Source: an uncultured delta proteobacterium | GTDB taxonomy: Bacteria; Desulfobacterota; Binatia; UBA9968 | Length of the DNA stretch: 64,000 nucleotides | NCBI GenBank assembly: GCA_963847445.1 | Contig: CAWJZV010000015.1 | Location: 250,761 to 314,760, forward strand | Direction of reading: 5' to 3' | In this document: positions 63,922-64,000 of the stretch, piece by piece | How positions within the stretch are numbered: the first letter of the stretch is position 1 | Layout of the letters: each line of letters opens with the position of its first letter | The notes under the pieces: generated by a model | Told to the model about the DNA's origin: nothing | The model's input: only the letters and a program-made list of their open reading frames with translations | The model's database searches: none | Made by a program: the position numbers and the translations under genes

Positions 63922-64000
63922 ATGGGATGTTCAAATTCATCGGCGAATGTTCCAGCAAAAATTGATTAGCGTTCCCCGGTTTTTGACAGTTCGATTCATT

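Overview
GC-rich bacterial chromosome segment. Gene order and accessory content suggest a deltaproteobacterial-like lineage such as Candidatus Binatia (inference, not tested). 1-25 kb is conserved core: tolA-tolB-pal-cpoB, ribF, rluD, rho, rpsB-tsf-pyrH-frr-uppS-cdsA-dxr-rseP-tsaB, DUF465-ilvB-ilvN-ilvC-psd-pssA-leuA-leuB-asd-truA. leuC-leuD follow at 27.6-29.8 kb. 25-64 kb is largely accessory: a liv-type ABC transporter, CoA-transferase, cupin and VOC genes, a 12-kb minus-strand ECF42 sigma-factor island, an NAD-IDH-like dehydrogenase, a Phd/ParE toxin-antitoxin pair, a peptide ABC transporter and two MFS genes. About 14 genes carry 1-nt frameshifts, most likely long-read errors. No rRNA, tRNA, CRISPR array, integrase or transposase was seen. 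Most notable observations: (1) a small protein whose N-terminal helix aligns without gaps to the inhibitory segment of mitochondrial ATP synthase inhibitor IF1 and is fused to a zinc ribbon, next to a FAM173/ATPSCKMT-like lysine methyltransferase; (2) an ECF42 island with three matching TGTCGA-N17-CGACTA promoters, four DGPF/YciI paralogs and a beta-propeller plus ubiquitin-like (GG-ended) gene pair; (3) about a dozen intergenic elements built from short tandem 6-9 nt units, often as inverted arms, sitting at gene junctions inside operons.
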